Source: a bacterium (lineage in GTDB: Bacteria > Patescibacteriota > Minisyncoccia > Phycocordibacterales > UBA5272). From it: 64,000 nucleotides of DNA. Location of the stretch: the NCBI GenBank assembly GCA_023267595.1, contig JAHFNB010000001.1, positions 8,837-72,836 of the forward strand. Reading direction: 5' to 3'. The notes under the pieces were generated by a model that saw nothing but the letters and a program-made list of their open reading frames with translations, did no database searches and had not been told where the DNA came from. This document shows positions 19,489 to 30,666 of this stretch, one piece after another. Every line of letters starts with the position of its first letter. The first letter of the stretch is position 1. The translations under genes and the position numbers were made by a program.

Positions 19489-19869
19489 TTAAATTACTTC
19501 TGGCGCAAGTGATGCGATTTTCTTATATCCATCAATTCCTGTTTCTGATAATTCACGAGGCACTGGTCCAAATACACGACCTGCTTTTGGTTCTTTCTTT
19601 TCTTTATCAACAATCACAACAGCATTATCATCAAAAGAAATATATGACCCGTCCGCACGACGAACTTTCTTTGTCGTACGCACAACAACACCATATACAA
19701 TATCCTTCTTCTTTGTTTGCTTTCGAGGTTCTGCAACTTTTACAGAGAGAACTACCATATCTCCAAGAGATGCATAGCGACGCTTACTTCCACCGAGCAC
19801 TTTAAACACACGGCCGAACTTTCCGCCTGAGTTATCTGTAATCTTCACATTTGTTCCTGCTTGTATCAT
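19489..19869 (-). CDS. rplN: 50S ribosomal protein L14
   Basis: MIQAGTNVKITDNSGGK... Confidence 0.9.
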   Translation of the reverse strand: MIQAGTNVKITDNSGGKFGRVFKVLGGSKRRYASLGDMVVLSVKVAEPRKQTKKKDIVYGVVVRTTKKVRRADGSYISFDDNAVVIVDKEKKEPKAGRVFGPVPRELSETGIDGYKKIASLAPEVI

Positions 19870-19894
19870 AGTGTTTGTATTAGTACTTTCGTAA

Positions 19895-20143
19895 TTATTT
19901 GCGACCGACTACCACAAAATTTTTATCCTTAGATAGTGGACGACACTCTTCAATAACCACAATATCTCCTACCTTGTATTCATTCTTTTCATCATGGGCT
20001 TTATAGTGTTTATCGATTTTGTAGAACTTCCCATATTTCTTGTGAGAAACATATCGATTCACATTAACTACAACAGTTTTATCCATCTTATCTGAGACGA
20101 CTGTACCTGTTAACTTTTTTCTTGTTGATTGAATTGTTTTCAT
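19895..20143 (-). CDS. rpsQ: 30S ribosomal protein S17
   Basis: [30 protein letters not shown]; start chosen at MKTIQ; no room for rpmC (L29) between rplP and rpsQ. Confidence 0.85.
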   Translation of the reverse strand: MKTIQSTRKKLTGTVVSDKMDKTVVVNVNRYVSHKKYGKFYKIDKHYKAHDEKNEYKVGDIVVIEECRPLSKDKNFVVVGRK

Positions 20144-20153
20144 AAAATTATAT

Positions 20154-20573
20154 TTAACGTGCAACGACGCGTGTCTTTACAGGAAGTTTTGTTCCCGCCT
20201 TTCGAAGTGATTCACGAGCAATGGCTTCTGTAACACCATCTACTTCAAACAAAATTCGTCCTGGACGAACTTCAAATACATAACGTTCTGGATCTCCTTT
20301 TCCTTTTCCCATTGGTACTTCTGCTGCTTTTTGTGTTACAGGACGATCAGGGAAAATACGAACCCAAACCTTTGCAGTTTTTCCTGCTGCACGAGTCATT
20401 GCGCGTCGTGCTGCCTCGATTTGTGCTGCAGTAACGCGAGAAGGAGTTTCTGCCTTAAGACCAAATGATCCAAAAGAAACAGTAATACCTCGTGTTTCAG
20501 GACGTTCAAGTTTTGCCTTAGATAATCGGGCAGTTTGCCATTTTCGGTGTTTTACTTTCTTTGGGAATAACAT
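20154..20573 (-). CDS. rplP: 50S ribosomal protein L16
   Basis: [21 protein letters not shown]... Confidence 0.9.
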   Translation of the reverse strand: MLFPKKVKHRKWQTARLSKAKLERPETRGITVSFGSFGLKAETPSRVTAAQIEAARRAMTRAAGKTAKVWVRIFPDRPVTQKAAEVPMGKGKGDPERYVFEVRPGRILFEVDGVTEAIARESLRKAGTKLPVKTRVVAR

Positions 20574-20587
20574 ATAGGTATCATTAA

Positions 20588-21292
20588 TTATTTCTGTCCT
20601 TCTTTCTTATCAAATTTCATACCACGATAAATCCACACTTTAATACCAATAACCCCATATGTCATGTATGCTTTATCACGTGCAAAGTCGATATCTGCGC
20701 GAAGTGTCTGAAGAGGAATACCTCCACGCTTGATTTGTTCACGGCGTGCCATTTCTGCTCCACCAAGACGACCAGATACTGCAATACGTGCACCAAGAAC
20801 TTCACGATTTCCCATAACCTTCTCAATGGTCATTTTAAGAACACGACGAAATGGGAGACGCTTTTCAATTCCTTCTGCAACCATTGCTGCAACAATTGCT
20901 GCATCTGCTTCTGGATTATTTACTTCGATAATGTCTAACTTCACATCTTGTGGAACAATTATCTTTAGACGGTGCATTTCTTTCTTGAGTGTTGTACGTA
21001 ATTTATCAATACCATCTCCACCACGACCAATAATCATACCTGGACGTGATGTATGAATCATAATACGATATTGCTTTTCACTTCGTTCAATTTCAATCAT
21101 TGAAATATACATACCGCGAAGTTTCTTTGTTAACCATGAACGTACAAGAACATCTGCACGAAGATGATCAACATACTGAGGTGTTGTTTTTGTAAACCAT
21201 CGTGACTTCCAATCGCGAATGATACCTAGTCTATGTGAATATGGGTGTACTACGTGTGTCATATAATTATTTCTTTGCTTCCTTAGGAGCAA
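20588..21292 (-). CDS. rpsC: 30S ribosomal protein S3
   Basis: KH domain plus S3 C-terminal domain. Confidence 0.9.
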   Translation of the reverse strand: MLLRKQRNNYMTHVVHPYSHRLGIIRDWKSRWFTKTTPQYVDHLRADVLVRSWLTKKLRGMYISMIEIERSEKQYRIMIHTSRPGMIIGRGGDGIDKLRTTLKKEMHRLKIIVPQDVKLDIIEVNNPEADAAIVAAMVAEGIEKRLPFRRVLKMTIEKVMGNREVLGARIAVSGRLGGAEMARREQIKRGGIPLQTLRADIDFARDKAYMTYGVIGIKVWIYRGMKFDKKEGQK

Positions 21293-21593
21293 GTTCTATT
21301 ACTACCTTAGATGTATGTTTGTGAATTGGAAATGCGCGACCCATTGCTCGTGGCATCCAACGCTTAATCACAACTCCTTTATCAACCGTTGCCTTCTTAA
21401 CGATCAGTGTATCCGCAGCAACTCCTGCATTTGCAATTGCAGAATCAAGAAGTTTTTTAATTGGAAGTGATCCACGTTTGATTAAATGTGATAAAATAGC
21501 CTGTGCTTGTGATGCAGTCTTTCCTTGAACAAGTGACGTAATCAAACGTACTTTTCGTGGTGCTTGGCGATAATTGTTTAAAGAGGCTTTCAT
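21267..21593 (-). CDS. rplV: 50S ribosomal protein L22
   Basis: operon position, L22 fold motifs. Confidence 0.9.
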   Translation of the reverse strand: MKASLNNYRQAPRKVRLITSLVQGKTASQAQAILSHLIKRGSLPIKKLLDSAIANAGVAADTLIVKKATVDKGVVIKRWMPRAMGRAFPIHKHTSKVVIELAPKEAKK

Positions 21594-21601
21594 ATAAAAT
21601 A

Positions 21602-21946
21602 TTATTTCTTCTTGGTCTCAACAGTTGCCTTAGCAGTCTTTGCAGCAGTGAGTTCCCCTTCCTTCTTCTTCTGATCGATTTCTTTTTGCATTTTTCCACC
21701 ATGACGAACGAATTTACGTGTTGGAGAAAATTCACCGAGTTTGTGTCCAACCATATCTTCTGTAATCAGAACTTCAATATGTGTCTTTCCATTATAAACT
21801 CCGAAAATAAAACCAACCATTTCAGGAGAAATATCTGAGCGACGAATCCATGTCTTAATCACTCCTGTTGATTCAGGACGCTTGCCGAGAACTTTTTTAA
21901 GTACTCGTTCATCAACGTATGGACCTTTGTGTAGTGATCGTGTCAT
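21602..21946 (-). CDS. rpsS: 30S ribosomal protein S19 (with Lys/Glu-rich C-terminal extension)
   Basis: [19 protein letters not shown]...GKTHIEV. Confidence 0.9.
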   Translation of the reverse strand: MTRSLHKGPYVDERVLKKVLGKRPESTGVIKTWIRRSDISPEMVGFIFGVYNGKTHIEVLITEDMVGHKLGEFSPTRKFVRHGGKMQKEIDQKKKEGELTAAKTAKATVETKKK

Positions 21947-22008
21947 GGTTTTTCGTAATAGGGCTTAATTATATCAGTTTTTTCGTGAAAGTAAAGATAA
22001 ACCCTTTA

Positions 22009-22848
22009 TTATTTCTTCTTTCGTACAACACGACGAGATACGATGTGTACGTTTGAATACTTCTTAGGACTACGAGTCTTGTGGCCTCCTGTTGTCTTTC
22101 CTTGCTTTGTCTTTGGACGACGTGTTCCTCGTGGTTGTGCTCCTTCACCTCCTCCGTATGGGTGATCTACTGGGTTACGTGCTTTTCCACGTGTCATTGG
22201 TCTCCATCCAAGATGACGAGATGTTCCTGCCTTTCCTAGATTTCTTAGACGATATTCTTCATTTGATACTTCTCCAATAGATGCAAAACACGTGTCTACT
22301 ATTTTTCTAACTTCTGTTGAAGGAAGTTTAATAGATGTATAACCATTATCATGAGCAACTACTTGTGCATACACTCCTGCAGAACGAACAAGTTTTGCGC
22401 CACCACCACGCTTTACTTCAATATTGTATACAAATGTTCCTACAGGAATATTTTTAAGTGTTGTACGATTACCGACTTCTGTTGGAGCAGTTGTTGAAAC
22501 TATAAATGTATCCCCTACTTTCATGGTCTTTGGAATAAGCACATAACGTTTTGCTCCATCTTTGTATGCAACAAGACCAATAAATCCAGAACGGTTTGGA
22601 TCATATTCAACAGTTTGTATTTTTGCAGGAATATCTAATTTATTGTAAACAAAATCAATATCACGATATGAACGCTTGTGTCCTCCACCACGTGATTGAG
22701 ATGTGATACGACCGTATGCATTTCTTCCAGACCCACGACGAAACCCTTTTGTAAGAGGTTTATATGGATCATTAGTCGAGATAATACCTCGATATGATAC
22801 CGTGGTCATTTTACGTCGTGATGGTGTTGTTGGTTTATATGATTTCAT
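22009..22848 (-). CDS. rplB: 50S ribosomal protein L2
   Basis: conserved L2 C-terminal GGGEGAQPRG... region. Confidence 0.95.
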   Translation of the reverse strand: MKSYKPTTPSRRKMTTVSYRGIISTNDPYKPLTKGFRRGSGRNAYGRITSQSRGGGHKRSYRDIDFVYNKLDIPAKIQTVEYDPNRSGFIGLVAYKDGAKRYVLIPKTMKVGDTFIVSTTAPTEVGNRTTLKNIPVGTFVYNIEVKRGGGAKLVRSAGVYAQVVAHDNGYTSIKLPSTEVRKIVDTCFASIGEVSNEEYRLRNLGKAGTSRHLGWRPMTRGKARNPVDHPYGGGEGAQPRGTRRPKTKQGKTTGGHKTRSPKKYSNVHIVSRRVVRKKK

Positions 22849-22866
22849 ACGTGTTTTATAACCTAA

Positions 22867-23181
22867 TTATTGTGAAATAGTGATAGTATCACCCTTCTTT
22901 AAGAAAACGATTGCTTTCTTGATTCCTGATTGCACACCTTTTTTCCCACGAACAAATACATTTCGTGCAGGCATATTGGTAATATTAATTGCACGTGGTG
23001 TTACTTTGTATGTCTTTTTTATTTCATCTGCAATTGTTCCTTTTGTTGCATTTTTTGTCACAACAAAGGTAAACGCATTACTATTTGATTGCATTGATGC
23101 TTTTTCAGTAACACGTGGAGCAATAATCACACTCTTTGCTACTACCTTTACTTCTTCAGTTGTTGTTTTCTTTGTTGCCAT
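22867..23181 (-). CDS. rplW: 50S ribosomal protein L23
   Basis: operon position between rplD and rplB, size. Confidence 0.85.
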   Translation of the reverse strand: MATKKTTTEEVKVVAKSVIIAPRVTEKASMQSNSNAFTFVVTKNATKGTIADEIKKTYKVTPRAINITNMPARNVFVRGKKGVQSGIKKAIVFLKKGDTITISQ

Positions 23182-23187
23182 ATATAT

Positions 23188-23850
23188 TTATTTAACTTTA
23201 GATGAAAGGTACGCAATAGTATCTTCTGGATTTGCAATCACCAAGTATCGTGTATTTGCAATATCAAGTGGATTTAAGTCATCCATATTGTGAAGTGTCA
23301 TGTATGGAAGATTACGAAATGCTCGCTTTGTCATATCACTTCCCTTTCCGATAGTCATATATACATTATTTGGCTTCTTGTAACATAGTGTCTTGAAACC
23401 TTCGATAGTAGTAAGCCCCTGCATCATAGTGTTTGCATCTTTTGTCTTGCCAGTTTGTTCAGGAATTGCATCAACAAAGATTACCTTACCAGACTTTACT
23501 TTTGCAGATAAAAGTGAAAAGAGTGCAGCAATTTTCATTCCACGTGGAATAGTTTTTTTGTAATCCTTATCATTGCGAGGACCAAAGGTTACACCTCCAT
23601 GACGCCATAATGGAGAACGTGATGATCCGTGACGTGCACGTCCAGTTCCCTTTTGTTGCCATGGTTTAATACCTCCTCCTCGTACTTCTCCACGATTCTT
23701 TGTGTGTGCAGTACCAGCACGACGATTTGATGCTTGAGAATAAAGAACTTGTGATACAAGATCTGCATTCCATTTCGCACCAAAAATATTCTCTGGTAAT
23801 TCGAGTTCCTTCTTTACTTTTCCTTCAATTGTATATACTGGTACTTTCAT
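23188..23850 (-). CDS. rplD: 50S ribosomal protein L4
   Basis: RRAGTAHTKNRGEVRGGGIKPWQQKGTGRAR. Confidence 0.9.
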   Translation of the reverse strand: MKVPVYTIEGKVKKELELPENIFGAKWNADLVSQVLYSQASNRRAGTAHTKNRGEVRGGGIKPWQQKGTGRARHGSSRSPLWRHGGVTFGPRNDKDYKKTIPRGMKIAALFSLLSAKVKSGKVIFVDAIPEQTGKTKDANTMMQGLTTIEGFKTLCYKKPNNVYMTIGKGSDMTKRAFRNLPYMTLHNMDDLNPLDIANTRYLVIANPEDTIAYLSSKVK

Positions 23851-23863
23851 AATAATGTTCTAA

Positions 23864-24472
23864 CTAGTTCTGTGATACGAGTTCAACTAATGTGCCACGT
23901 TTTCCTGCAACTGCACCCTTAAGAAGGATAATTCCATTTTCAACATCAACATCAAGAATCGTTGCATTCTTTTGTGTAACGCGATCACTTCCCATTCTTC
24001 CTGGCATACGCTTTCCTTTGTTAACACGTTGTTGTCCTGTTGAACCAATAGAACCGACTTCACGTGCAGAGTGCTTTTGACCGTGTTGTCCCCATCCACC
24101 TTTCATACCATGACGCTTCATACCTCCTTGGAATCCTTTTCCTTTTGAAATAGAAGAAACAGTGACAATATCTCCTTTGTTGAAAATATCACATGCAATA
24201 GTTGCACCAATAGACAAGTCTCCTGATGGTGTACGAAATTCTTTCACTGTTTTATACGCATTATCTTTCAGATGTCCACGAAGTGCTTTTGAAACACGTT
24301 CTTTCTTTTGAACTCCTGACCCAACTTGAATAGCCTCATAACCATCTTTTTCTAAGGTCTTAAGAGCAGTTACTGTCATAGGAGTAGCCTTCAAGATTGT
24401 TGCAGGATGAACTCTTCCGTCTTCGGAAAAGAATTCTGTCATATGTTGTTTTGTTGCGAGTGTGAATTTCAT
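23864..24472 (-). CDS. rplC: 50S ribosomal protein L3
   Basis: operon position, L3 motifs (GKGFQGGMKRHG). Confidence 0.9.
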   Translation of the reverse strand: MKFTLATKQHMTEFFSEDGRVHPATILKATPMTVTALKTLEKDGYEAIQVGSGVQKKERVSKALRGHLKDNAYKTVKEFRTPSGDLSIGATIACDIFNKGDIVTVSSISKGKGFQGGMKRHGMKGGWGQHGQKHSAREVGSIGSTGQQRVNKGKRMPGRMGSDRVTQKNATILDVDVENGIILLKGAVAGKRGTLVELVSQN

Positions 24473-24498
24473 ACTTTTATCTGTAGATATCTATCGGG

Positions 24499-24870
24499 TT
24501 ACGCCATTTTTACATCAATATCAACACCAGAAGGTAATGATAAATTGGTAAGTGCTTCAATCAATTTTGCATTTGGATTCACAATATCGATGAGACGCTT
24601 GTGCACACGCATTTCGAATTGTTCACGAGCATCTTTGTAAACGAATGATGCGCGGTTCACAGTGTAACGCTTAATTTCCGTTGGAAGTGGAATTGGGCCG
24701 AGTATCACTGCTTCAAAACGTCGTGCTGTATCAATAATTTGTTTCACTGATGCATCAAGCACTTTACTTTCATATGCGCGTACACGTATACGTAACTTCT
24801 GAACTTCGGCAACTTTTGCTGCTTTCGTTTTTGTTGAAGCCTTCTTTGTTGCTTGTGCGGTTACTGCCAT
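24499..24870 (-). CDS. rpsJ: 30S ribosomal protein S10 (N-terminal extension)
   Basis: LRIRVRAYESKVLDASVKQI... Confidence 0.9.
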   Translation of the reverse strand: MAVTAQATKKASTKTKAAKVAEVQKLRIRVRAYESKVLDASVKQIIDTARRFEAVILGPIPLPTEIKRYTVNRASFVYKDAREQFEMRVHKRLIDIVNPNAKLIEALTNLSLPSGVDIDVKMA

Positions 24871-24907
24871 GTTTGTAATGATGAATATCTTATTAAGAAG
24901 ATATTAT

Positions 24908-26101
24908 TTATGCAATGATCTTTGTAACAACTCCTGCACCTACTGTCTTTCCTCCTTCACGGATAGCAAAACGTCCTTGTTCTTCAAGAGCAATTGGAGC
25001 GAGAAGTTTAACAGTAAACTTCACAGTATCTCCTGGCATAACCATTTCTGTTCCTGCAGCAAGCGTTACTTCTCCTGTTACGTCAGTTGTACGTACATAG
25101 AATTGTGGCTTGTAACCATTTAAGAATGGAGTGTGACGTCCACCTTCTTCTTTCTTAAGAATGTAAACTTCACATTCAAAATCAGTATGAGGCTTTACAC
25201 TCCCAGGCTTTGCTAGAACTTGTCCACGAAGAATATCTTCCTTCTTAATACCACGGATAAGAATACCTGCGTTATCTCCTGCTTGTCCTTCTGGAAGAGA
25301 TTTATTGAACATTTCAATACCAGTAACAATAGTTTTTGCAGTATCTTTAAGACCAACAATTTCAATTTCTTCGTTTAACTTGATGATTCCACGTTCAATA
25401 CGTCCTGTTACTACAGTTCCACGTCCTTCAATAGTGAAGATATCTTCTACTGGCATAAGGAATGGCTTTGCAGTATCACGTTCTGGTACTGGAATGTAGG
25501 TATCAAGTGCATTCATGAGTTCAACAATCTTTTGAGCCCAAGGATCATTGATGTCTGTTGCTTGAGATGCCTTAAGACCTGAACCACGAATAATTGGAGT
25601 ATTTGCTCCATCAAATCCTTGTTTTGTAAGGAGTTCACGGATTTCCTCTTCAACGAGTTCAATCATTTCTTGGTCATCAACCATATCACACTTGTTTAAG
25701 AATACTACGATTCGAGGCACACCAACCTGCTTGGCTAGGAGGATGTGTTCACGAGTTTGTGGCATAGGACCATCAGTTGCAGCAACTACGAGGATAGCGC
25801 CGTCCATCTGAGCCGCACCAGTAATCATGTTTTTAATATAGTCCGCGTGACCTGGAGCATCGATGTGTGCATAGTGACGAGTGTCAGTCCAATATTCACT
25901 GTGTGATAGAGAAATAGTAATACCACGGGCCTTTTCTTCAGGTGCCTTGTCAATTTCGTCTACTCCTTTTAACTTAATAGAAGCATCCTTAAGGTGAAGA
26001 ACGTTAAGAATAGCCGATGTAAGTGTAGTCTTTCCATGGTCAACGTGACCAATTGTTCCTACGTTTACGTGTGGTTTTGAGCGATCAAATGTTTCTGCCA
26101 T
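24908..26101 (-). CDS. tuf: elongation factor Tu
   Basis: [23 protein letters not shown]-motifs; full length. Confidence 0.97.
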   Translation of the reverse strand: MAETFDRSKPHVNVGTIGHVDHGKTTLTSAILNVLHLKDASIKLKGVDEIDKAPEEKARGITISLSHSEYWTDTRHYAHIDAPGHADYIKNMITGAAQMDGAILVVAATDGPMPQTREHILLAKQVGVPRIVVFLNKCDMVDDQEMIELVEEEIRELLTKQGFDGANTPIIRGSGLKASQATDINDPWAQKIVELMNALDTYIPVPERDTAKPFLMPVEDIFTIEGRGTVVTGRIERGIIKLNEEIEIVGLKDTAKTIVTGIEMFNKSLPEGQAGDNAGILIRGIKKEDILRGQVLAKPGSVKPHTDFECEVYILKKEEGGRHTPFLNGYKPQFYVRTTDVTGEVTLAAGTEMVMPGDTVKFTVKLLAPIALEEQGRFAIREGGKTVGAGVVTKIIA

Positions 26102-26298
26102 ATGTTTTTGTTGGGTCTTGCCTCCCTTTTTTATAGGGGGTATTGGACTAATAAATTATATAAATAATAAAGAAACTAGTAATTTTGCTAACTCTCTCTT
26201 AGCCAAGCAAGTAAATCCGAGATAAAGTGCCAAGTGAGTGACAATGATTCTAACATATCTACCGTATTTCTGCAATGTTTATAAGTATAAAAAGAAAT

Positions 26299-26320
26299 TC
26301 CCCGCACATGTGCGGGGAAT
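26299..26320 (-). terminator. GC hairpin (ttccccgcacatgtgcggggaa) downstream of tuf
   Basis: perfect 9-bp stem; second hairpin gattcgga-tttc-tccgaatc at 26322..26341; same tccccgca hairpin motif at 45253 and 49199. Confidence 0.5.
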
Positions 26321-26352
26321 GATTCGGATTTCTCCGAATCGATCGGCTATTG

Positions 26353-26829
26353 CTAGCCGGAATTACCGAAGTCGGCGCCGACCAGTCCGGTATTGATCGC
26401 GGTGATCATCGTGTGTCCGCGATAGACATCCGGCGGTGGCGTTGCCGGACTGTTTTCGGCCATGAGGCCGGCGTTCGCGCGCGCGTCGATATAGAAATAA
26501 ATGGCACTGCCCGATCCATGGTCTCCGGCGGAGTACGTCGGAGGTGCCGCGCCCTGCGTCGGTATCGCCTCGAGATCGTGCCGGATGATCATGATTTCGC
26601 CGCGGTGGCCGAACTGGCCGGAATCGATCACAATCGGCACGCCGCCGACGATTCCCGAAACCTGGATTCGCGCGCCGGTGGCTTTCTTGTCACCTTTGAT
26701 CACCAGTGCGTTATCCTGCGCACCGAAACCCGGCGGTGCGGCTGCCGGATTGCCGGGAGGCGCCGCCATGCCGATCGAGGCTGCCATGGCAAGCACTGCG
26801 CCTGCCATGCACATCAGGAGTTTTCTCAT
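26353..26829 (-). CDS. signal-peptide protein encoded in a >60% GC island (probable foreign gene or chimeric insert)
   Basis: 158 aa, MRKLLMCMAGAVLAMAASIGMA signal sequence, Pro/Ala/Gly-rich; GGGGA-type RBS 8 nt upstream; GC content sharply different from flanks. Confidence 0.5.
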   Translation of the reverse strand: MRKLLMCMAGAVLAMAASIGMAAPPGNPAAAPPGFGAQDNALVIKGDKKATGARIQVSGIVGGVPIVIDSGQFGHRGEIMIIRHDLEAIPTQGAAPPTYSAGDHGSGSAIYFYIDARANAGLMAENSPATPPPDVYRGHTMITAINTGLVGADFGNSG

Positions 26830-27023
26830 TGCATTTCCCCTTGTAAAGAACCCTCCTCCTCCCTTCCCTCAAATGAGGGAGGGCAAGAGGGTATTTACAA
26901 ATACTACAACGTACTTTTAAAAAAGACAAGGTAATGTGGATAACATAATCTAGAGACAATATTATACTTATACTCAGATAAAGTTCTCTTTTTTATTAAC
27001 TTAAATCTAATTTTTATAATTAT

Positions 27024-27227
27024 ATGAAAGCATTACACATGATTGCGTTTATCCTTCTTGTTGTCGGAGGATTAAACTGGGGGCTAAGTGCCATTGGATA
27101 CAACGTCATTGATATGTTACTTGGTGCGGGTTCAACACTTGCACAAGTGGTATACATCCTCGTTGGCCTTTCTGCACTTCTCATTCTTGTTACTCACAAA
27201 AGTGATTGCAAGACATGCATGGCGTAA
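27024..27227 (+). CDS. DUF378-family small membrane protein
   Basis: 67 aa, two TM helices, GGLNWGL...YILVGLSAL pattern typical of DUF378. Confidence 0.6.
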   Translation: MKALHMIAFILLVVGGLNWGLSAIGYNVIDMLLGAGSTLAQVVYILVGLSALLILVTHKSDCKTCMA

Positions 27228-27249
27228 ATATTTGTTTGGTTTACATTTT

Positions 27250-27278
27250 AAAGAGCAGCATCTACGATGCTGCTCTTT
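27250..27278. terminator. bidirectional perfect palindrome terminator between DUF378 gene and fusA
   Basis: aaagagcagcatc-tac-gatgctgctcttt. Confidence 0.55.
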
Positions 27279-27357
27279 AAAATGTTTTATTATATTTTGT
27301 ATCTTAAAAAAGATAACATTGTAGCGACAAAGTAGTTCGCCAAAATATTTTTTTAAA

Positions 27358-29502
27358 TTACTTTTTATTTTCCGCAATATCCTTTGCAATGTTTGCAGGT
27401 ACTACATCATACTTTCCAAACTCCATCGTGAAACTTGCGCGTCCTTCTGTCATTGAACGAAGTGAATTCACGTACCCAAACATTTCAGATAGTGGAACCA
27501 TAGCACGAATAACTTTATCTTGTCCCCGCTCATCCATTCCTTCTATTTGTCCGCGCTTTGAAGAAATATTTCCTGTAATATCTCCATAGAATTTATCAGG
27601 TGTTACAATTTCCACTTTCATGATTGGCTCTAGAATAACTGGCTTTGCTTTTCCTACTGCATCCGCAAGCGCCATACCTGCTGCTAACTTAAAGGCAATT
27701 TCAGAAGAGTCCACTTCGTGGAATGATCCATCGTAGACTTCACAAGAAATATCTACCATCTTAAATCCAGCAAGTGTTCCTCTATCCATAGATTCACGAA
27801 GTCCCTTTTCTACTGCGGGTACGAACTCTTGTGGAATTGCACCTCCTTTGATTGAGTTTATAAACTCAAAGTTATCATATCGTTTTGTATTCTTTGGTAA
27901 ATCTTCTTTTGCAATGGTGTAATCAATAGGTCTAATATTTATTTTCACATGACCATATTGTCCACGACCACCGGATTGCTTAATATATTTTCCTTCACCA
28001 GAAGCATTACCAAGAATAGTTTCTTTATAGGCTACTTGTGGCTTTCCTGTATTTGCTTCAACGTTAAACTCTCGCTTCATACGATCCACAATAATATCTA
28101 AGTGTAATTCACCCATACCAGAAATAATTGTTTCAAGTGTTTCTGGATCAGATGAAACACGAAATGTTGGATCTTCGATAGCAAGTTTTGAAAGTGCAAT
28201 ACCCATTTTTTCCTGATCTGCTTTTGTTTTTGGTTCCACACGCATTGAAATCACAGATTCTGGAATCACAATTCTTTCAAGAATAATTGGATGCTCTTCA
28301 GTACACATTGTGTCTGAGGTAATAGTGTCTTTCAATCCTACTGCTGCAGCAATTTCCCCAGCATATACCGTTTTCACTTCTTCTCGTTCATTTGCATGCA
28401 TTCTCAAGATACGTGATACACGTTCTTTTTTATCTTTTGTAGAGTTATAAATATAACTTCCTGCTTCTAGTGTTCCTGCATACACTCGAAAGAATGTTAA
28501 CTGCCCAACGAACGGGTCTGCCATAGACTTAAATGCGAGTGCAGCAAATGGTGCAGTGTCAGATACTTCAACTGAAATAGTCTCACCCGTATTTGGATCT
28601 ATTCCTTTTGGCGCACTAATATCAAGTGGTGATGGTAGATAATCAATAACTGCATCAAGCACGAGTTGTACTCCACGATTCTTAAGGGATGATCCACAAA
28701 ATACAGGGAATAGTTCATTTGCAATGGTTGCTTTACGAACTGCGGCTTTTAATTCTTCTATTGTAAACTCTTTTCCTTCAAGATACCCTGTCATCATATT
28801 TTCATCTGTCTCCACAATCTTTTCAATCATTTCCGCACGACGCTTCTTTGCTTCATCGAGTAATTCTGCAGGAATATCAACCATAGTTACATCCTTTCCT
28901 TTGTCTCCAGAGAATTTTGCTTCCTTCATCGTAAGGAGATCGATAATACCATCAAATTTTTCTTCTTCCCCTATTGGCATTTGCATACGCACTGCCTTCT
29001 TTGAAAGGCGATCCAAGATAGACGCATAGGCTTTATCAAAGTTTGCACCCATTCGGTCTAATTTATTGATATAGCAAATACGAGGAACAAGAGCATCTGA
29101 TGCATATCTCCAATTTGTTTCTGATTGTGGTTCTACACCTGCTACTCCGTCAAACACAACAACAGCACCGTCAAGCACGCGAAGTGATCGCTTTACTTCA
29201 ATCGTAAAGTCGATGTGTCCTGGTGTGTCGATAATATTAAAACGACATTTCTTACTTGTATCTTCTTTTGTAGAATATGTAGGGTTCCAAAATGCAGTTG
29301 TCGCAGCAGAAGTAATAGTAATACCACGTTCACGCTCTTGTTCCATCCAATCCATAACTGTATCTCCTTCGTGTACTTCACCGATTTTGTGTGACACACC
29401 TGTATAGAACAAAATACGTTCTGTTGTAGTAGTCTTTCCAGCATCGATGTGAGCAATAACTCCGAAGTTTCTTGTTTTGTTTAATGGATAATCTCGAGAC
29501 AT
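27358..29502 (-). CDS. fusA: elongation factor G
   Basis: [18 protein letters not shown]-domain and domains II-V. Confidence 0.97.
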   Translation of the reverse strand: MSRDYPLNKTRNFGVIAHIDAGKTTTTERILFYTGVSHKIGEVHEGDTVMDWMEQERERGITITSAATTAFWNPTYSTKEDTSKKCRFNIIDTPGHIDFTIEVKRSLRVLDGAVVVFDGVAGVEPQSETNWRYASDALVPRICYINKLDRMGANFDKAYASILDRLSKKAVRMQMPIGEEEKFDGIIDLLTMKEAKFSGDKGKDVTMVDIPAELLDEAKKRRAEMIEKIVETDENMMTGYLEGKEFTIEELKAAVRKATIANELFPVFCGSSLKNRGVQLVLDAVIDYLPSPLDISAPKGIDPNTGETISVEVSDTAPFAALAFKSMADPFVGQLTFFRVYAGTLEAGSYIYNSTKDKKERVSRILRMHANEREEVKTVYAGEIAAAVGLKDTITSDTMCTEEHPIILERIVIPESVISMRVEPKTKADQEKMGIALSKLAIEDPTFRVSSDPETLETIISGMGELHLDIIVDRMKREFNVEANTGKPQVAYKETILGNASGEGKYIKQSGGRGQYGHVKINIRPIDYTIAKEDLPKNTKRYDNFEFINSIKGGAIPQEFVPAVEKGLRESMDRGTLAGFKMVDISCEVYDGSFHEVDSSEIAFKLAAGMALADAVGKAKPVILEPIMKVEIVTPDKFYGDITGNISSKRGQIEGMDERGQDKVIRAMVPLSEMFGYVNSLRSMTEGRASFTMEFGKYDVVPANIAKDIAENKK

Positions 29503-29544
29503 AAATGTTATAAATTAAATGTTATTGTAAAGAACTAATAAATA

Positions 29545-30015
29545 TTACCAAGCGAAGTGCGCAAATGCTTTATTCGACTCAGCCATTCTGTGAGTATCTT
29601 CCTTCTTCTTTACTGCAGTTCCTTCATTATTTGCTGCTTGCATGATTTCGTCTGCTAATTTGAAACGCATTGCTTTTCCTTTCTTTGCATTTGCTGCTTC
29701 AAGAATCCAACGTAATGCGAGCATGAAGCGTCGTTCCTCACGTACTTCACGAGGAACTTGGTAGTTTGCTCCACCAATACGACGTGAACGCACTTCTGTT
29801 ACTGGCCCTGCATTTCTTAGTGCTGCTTCAAATGTTTCTAGTGGATCCTCTACCTTTAATTTTTCCTTGATAATATCAAAAGCATCGTACACGATATCTC
29901 GTGCAGTATTTTTCTTTCCTCCTGTCATCACATAGTTAATAAACTTAGATACCTTAAGTGAATTATATTTCGCGTCAGGTCCTACGATATTTCGATTTTT
30001 AACTTTTCTACGCAT
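29545..30015 (-). CDS. rpsG: 30S ribosomal protein S7
   Basis: str operon position, S7 motifs. Confidence 0.95.
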   Translation of the reverse strand: MRRKVKNRNIVGPDAKYNSLKVSKFINYVMTGGKKNTARDIVYDAFDIIKEKLKVEDPLETFEAALRNAGPVTEVRSRRIGGANYQVPREVREERRFMLALRWILEAANAKKGKAMRFKLADEIMQAANNEGTAVKKKEDTHRMAESNKAFAHFAW

Positions 30016-30181
30016 GGTAATGAATTGTACTTGTGTGCTGTTCCCTGAAAGCGAGGTACTTCACAAGTGTTTAATTTCTGTAAGGCTTTCAATACTTGAT
30101 AAACAAGTGCTACCTATACTACAACAAAATAAGGATAAAAGCAAAAGCACGACCTTTCGGTCGTGCTTTCTTATTTACTTT

Positions 30182-30607
30182 TTACTTTGCCTTAGCAGCC
30201 TTTGGTTTCTTTGCTCCGTACAATGATCTCCCTTGGAATCGCTTATCAACTGGTGTTGCATCTAATCTTCCACGAACAATATGGTAACGCACACCTGCCA
30301 AGTCCTTTACACGACCACCACGGAGGATTACCACAGAGTGTTCTTGCAACTTGTGACCCATTCCTGGAATATATGCAGTTACTTCCATCCCATTTGTGAG
30401 GCGTACACGAGCAATCTTACGAAGCGCAGAGTTAGGCTTCTTTGGTGTTGTTGTTGTTACCTTGATACATACACCACGCTTAAAAGGAGAATTATAAAAA
30501 TTAGGACGATTTTGTATTGCATTAAAACCACGAGTCATAGCAATAGAACGCGACTTTCTTTTTGTAGTCGTGCGTGACTTCTTTACCAGTTGATTAATAG
30601 TTGGCAT
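30182..30607 (-). CDS. rpsL: 30S ribosomal protein S12 (with ~12-aa insertion near N-terminus)
   Basis: PTINQLVKK..., [12 protein letters not shown], start set at MPTINQL; insertion [19 protein letters not shown] relative to canonical S12. Confidence 0.9.
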   Translation of the reverse strand: MPTINQLVKKSRTTTKRKSRSIAMTRGFNAIQNRPNFYNSPFKRGVCIKVTTTTPKKPNSALRKIARVRLTNGMEVTAYIPGMGHKLQEHSVVILRGGRVKDLAGVRYHIVRGRLDATPVDKRFQGRSLYGAKKPKAAKAK

Positions 30608-30666
30608 AAATACTATATAGTAGTCCACATACTACCAGAGGAGACACTTTTTTGCAAGAAAGAAAA

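Noticed and set aside
19242-19805. 187-aa plus-strand ORF
   Set aside because: It lies antisense across rplX and rplN, with low-complexity composition. It is a shadow ORF of highly expressed ribosomal genes.
26350-26959. Plus-strand ORFs of 194 and 139 aa and a minus-strand 82-aa ORF inside the GC-rich block
   Set aside because: They are Arg/Cys/Ala-rich mirror frames typical of high-GC DNA. The minus-strand frame with a signal peptide and RBS is the coherent one.
27132-27389. 85-aa minus-strand ORF
   Set aside because: It overlaps the DUF378 gene and the palindromic terminator. The plus-strand DUF378 protein and the terminator explain the region better.
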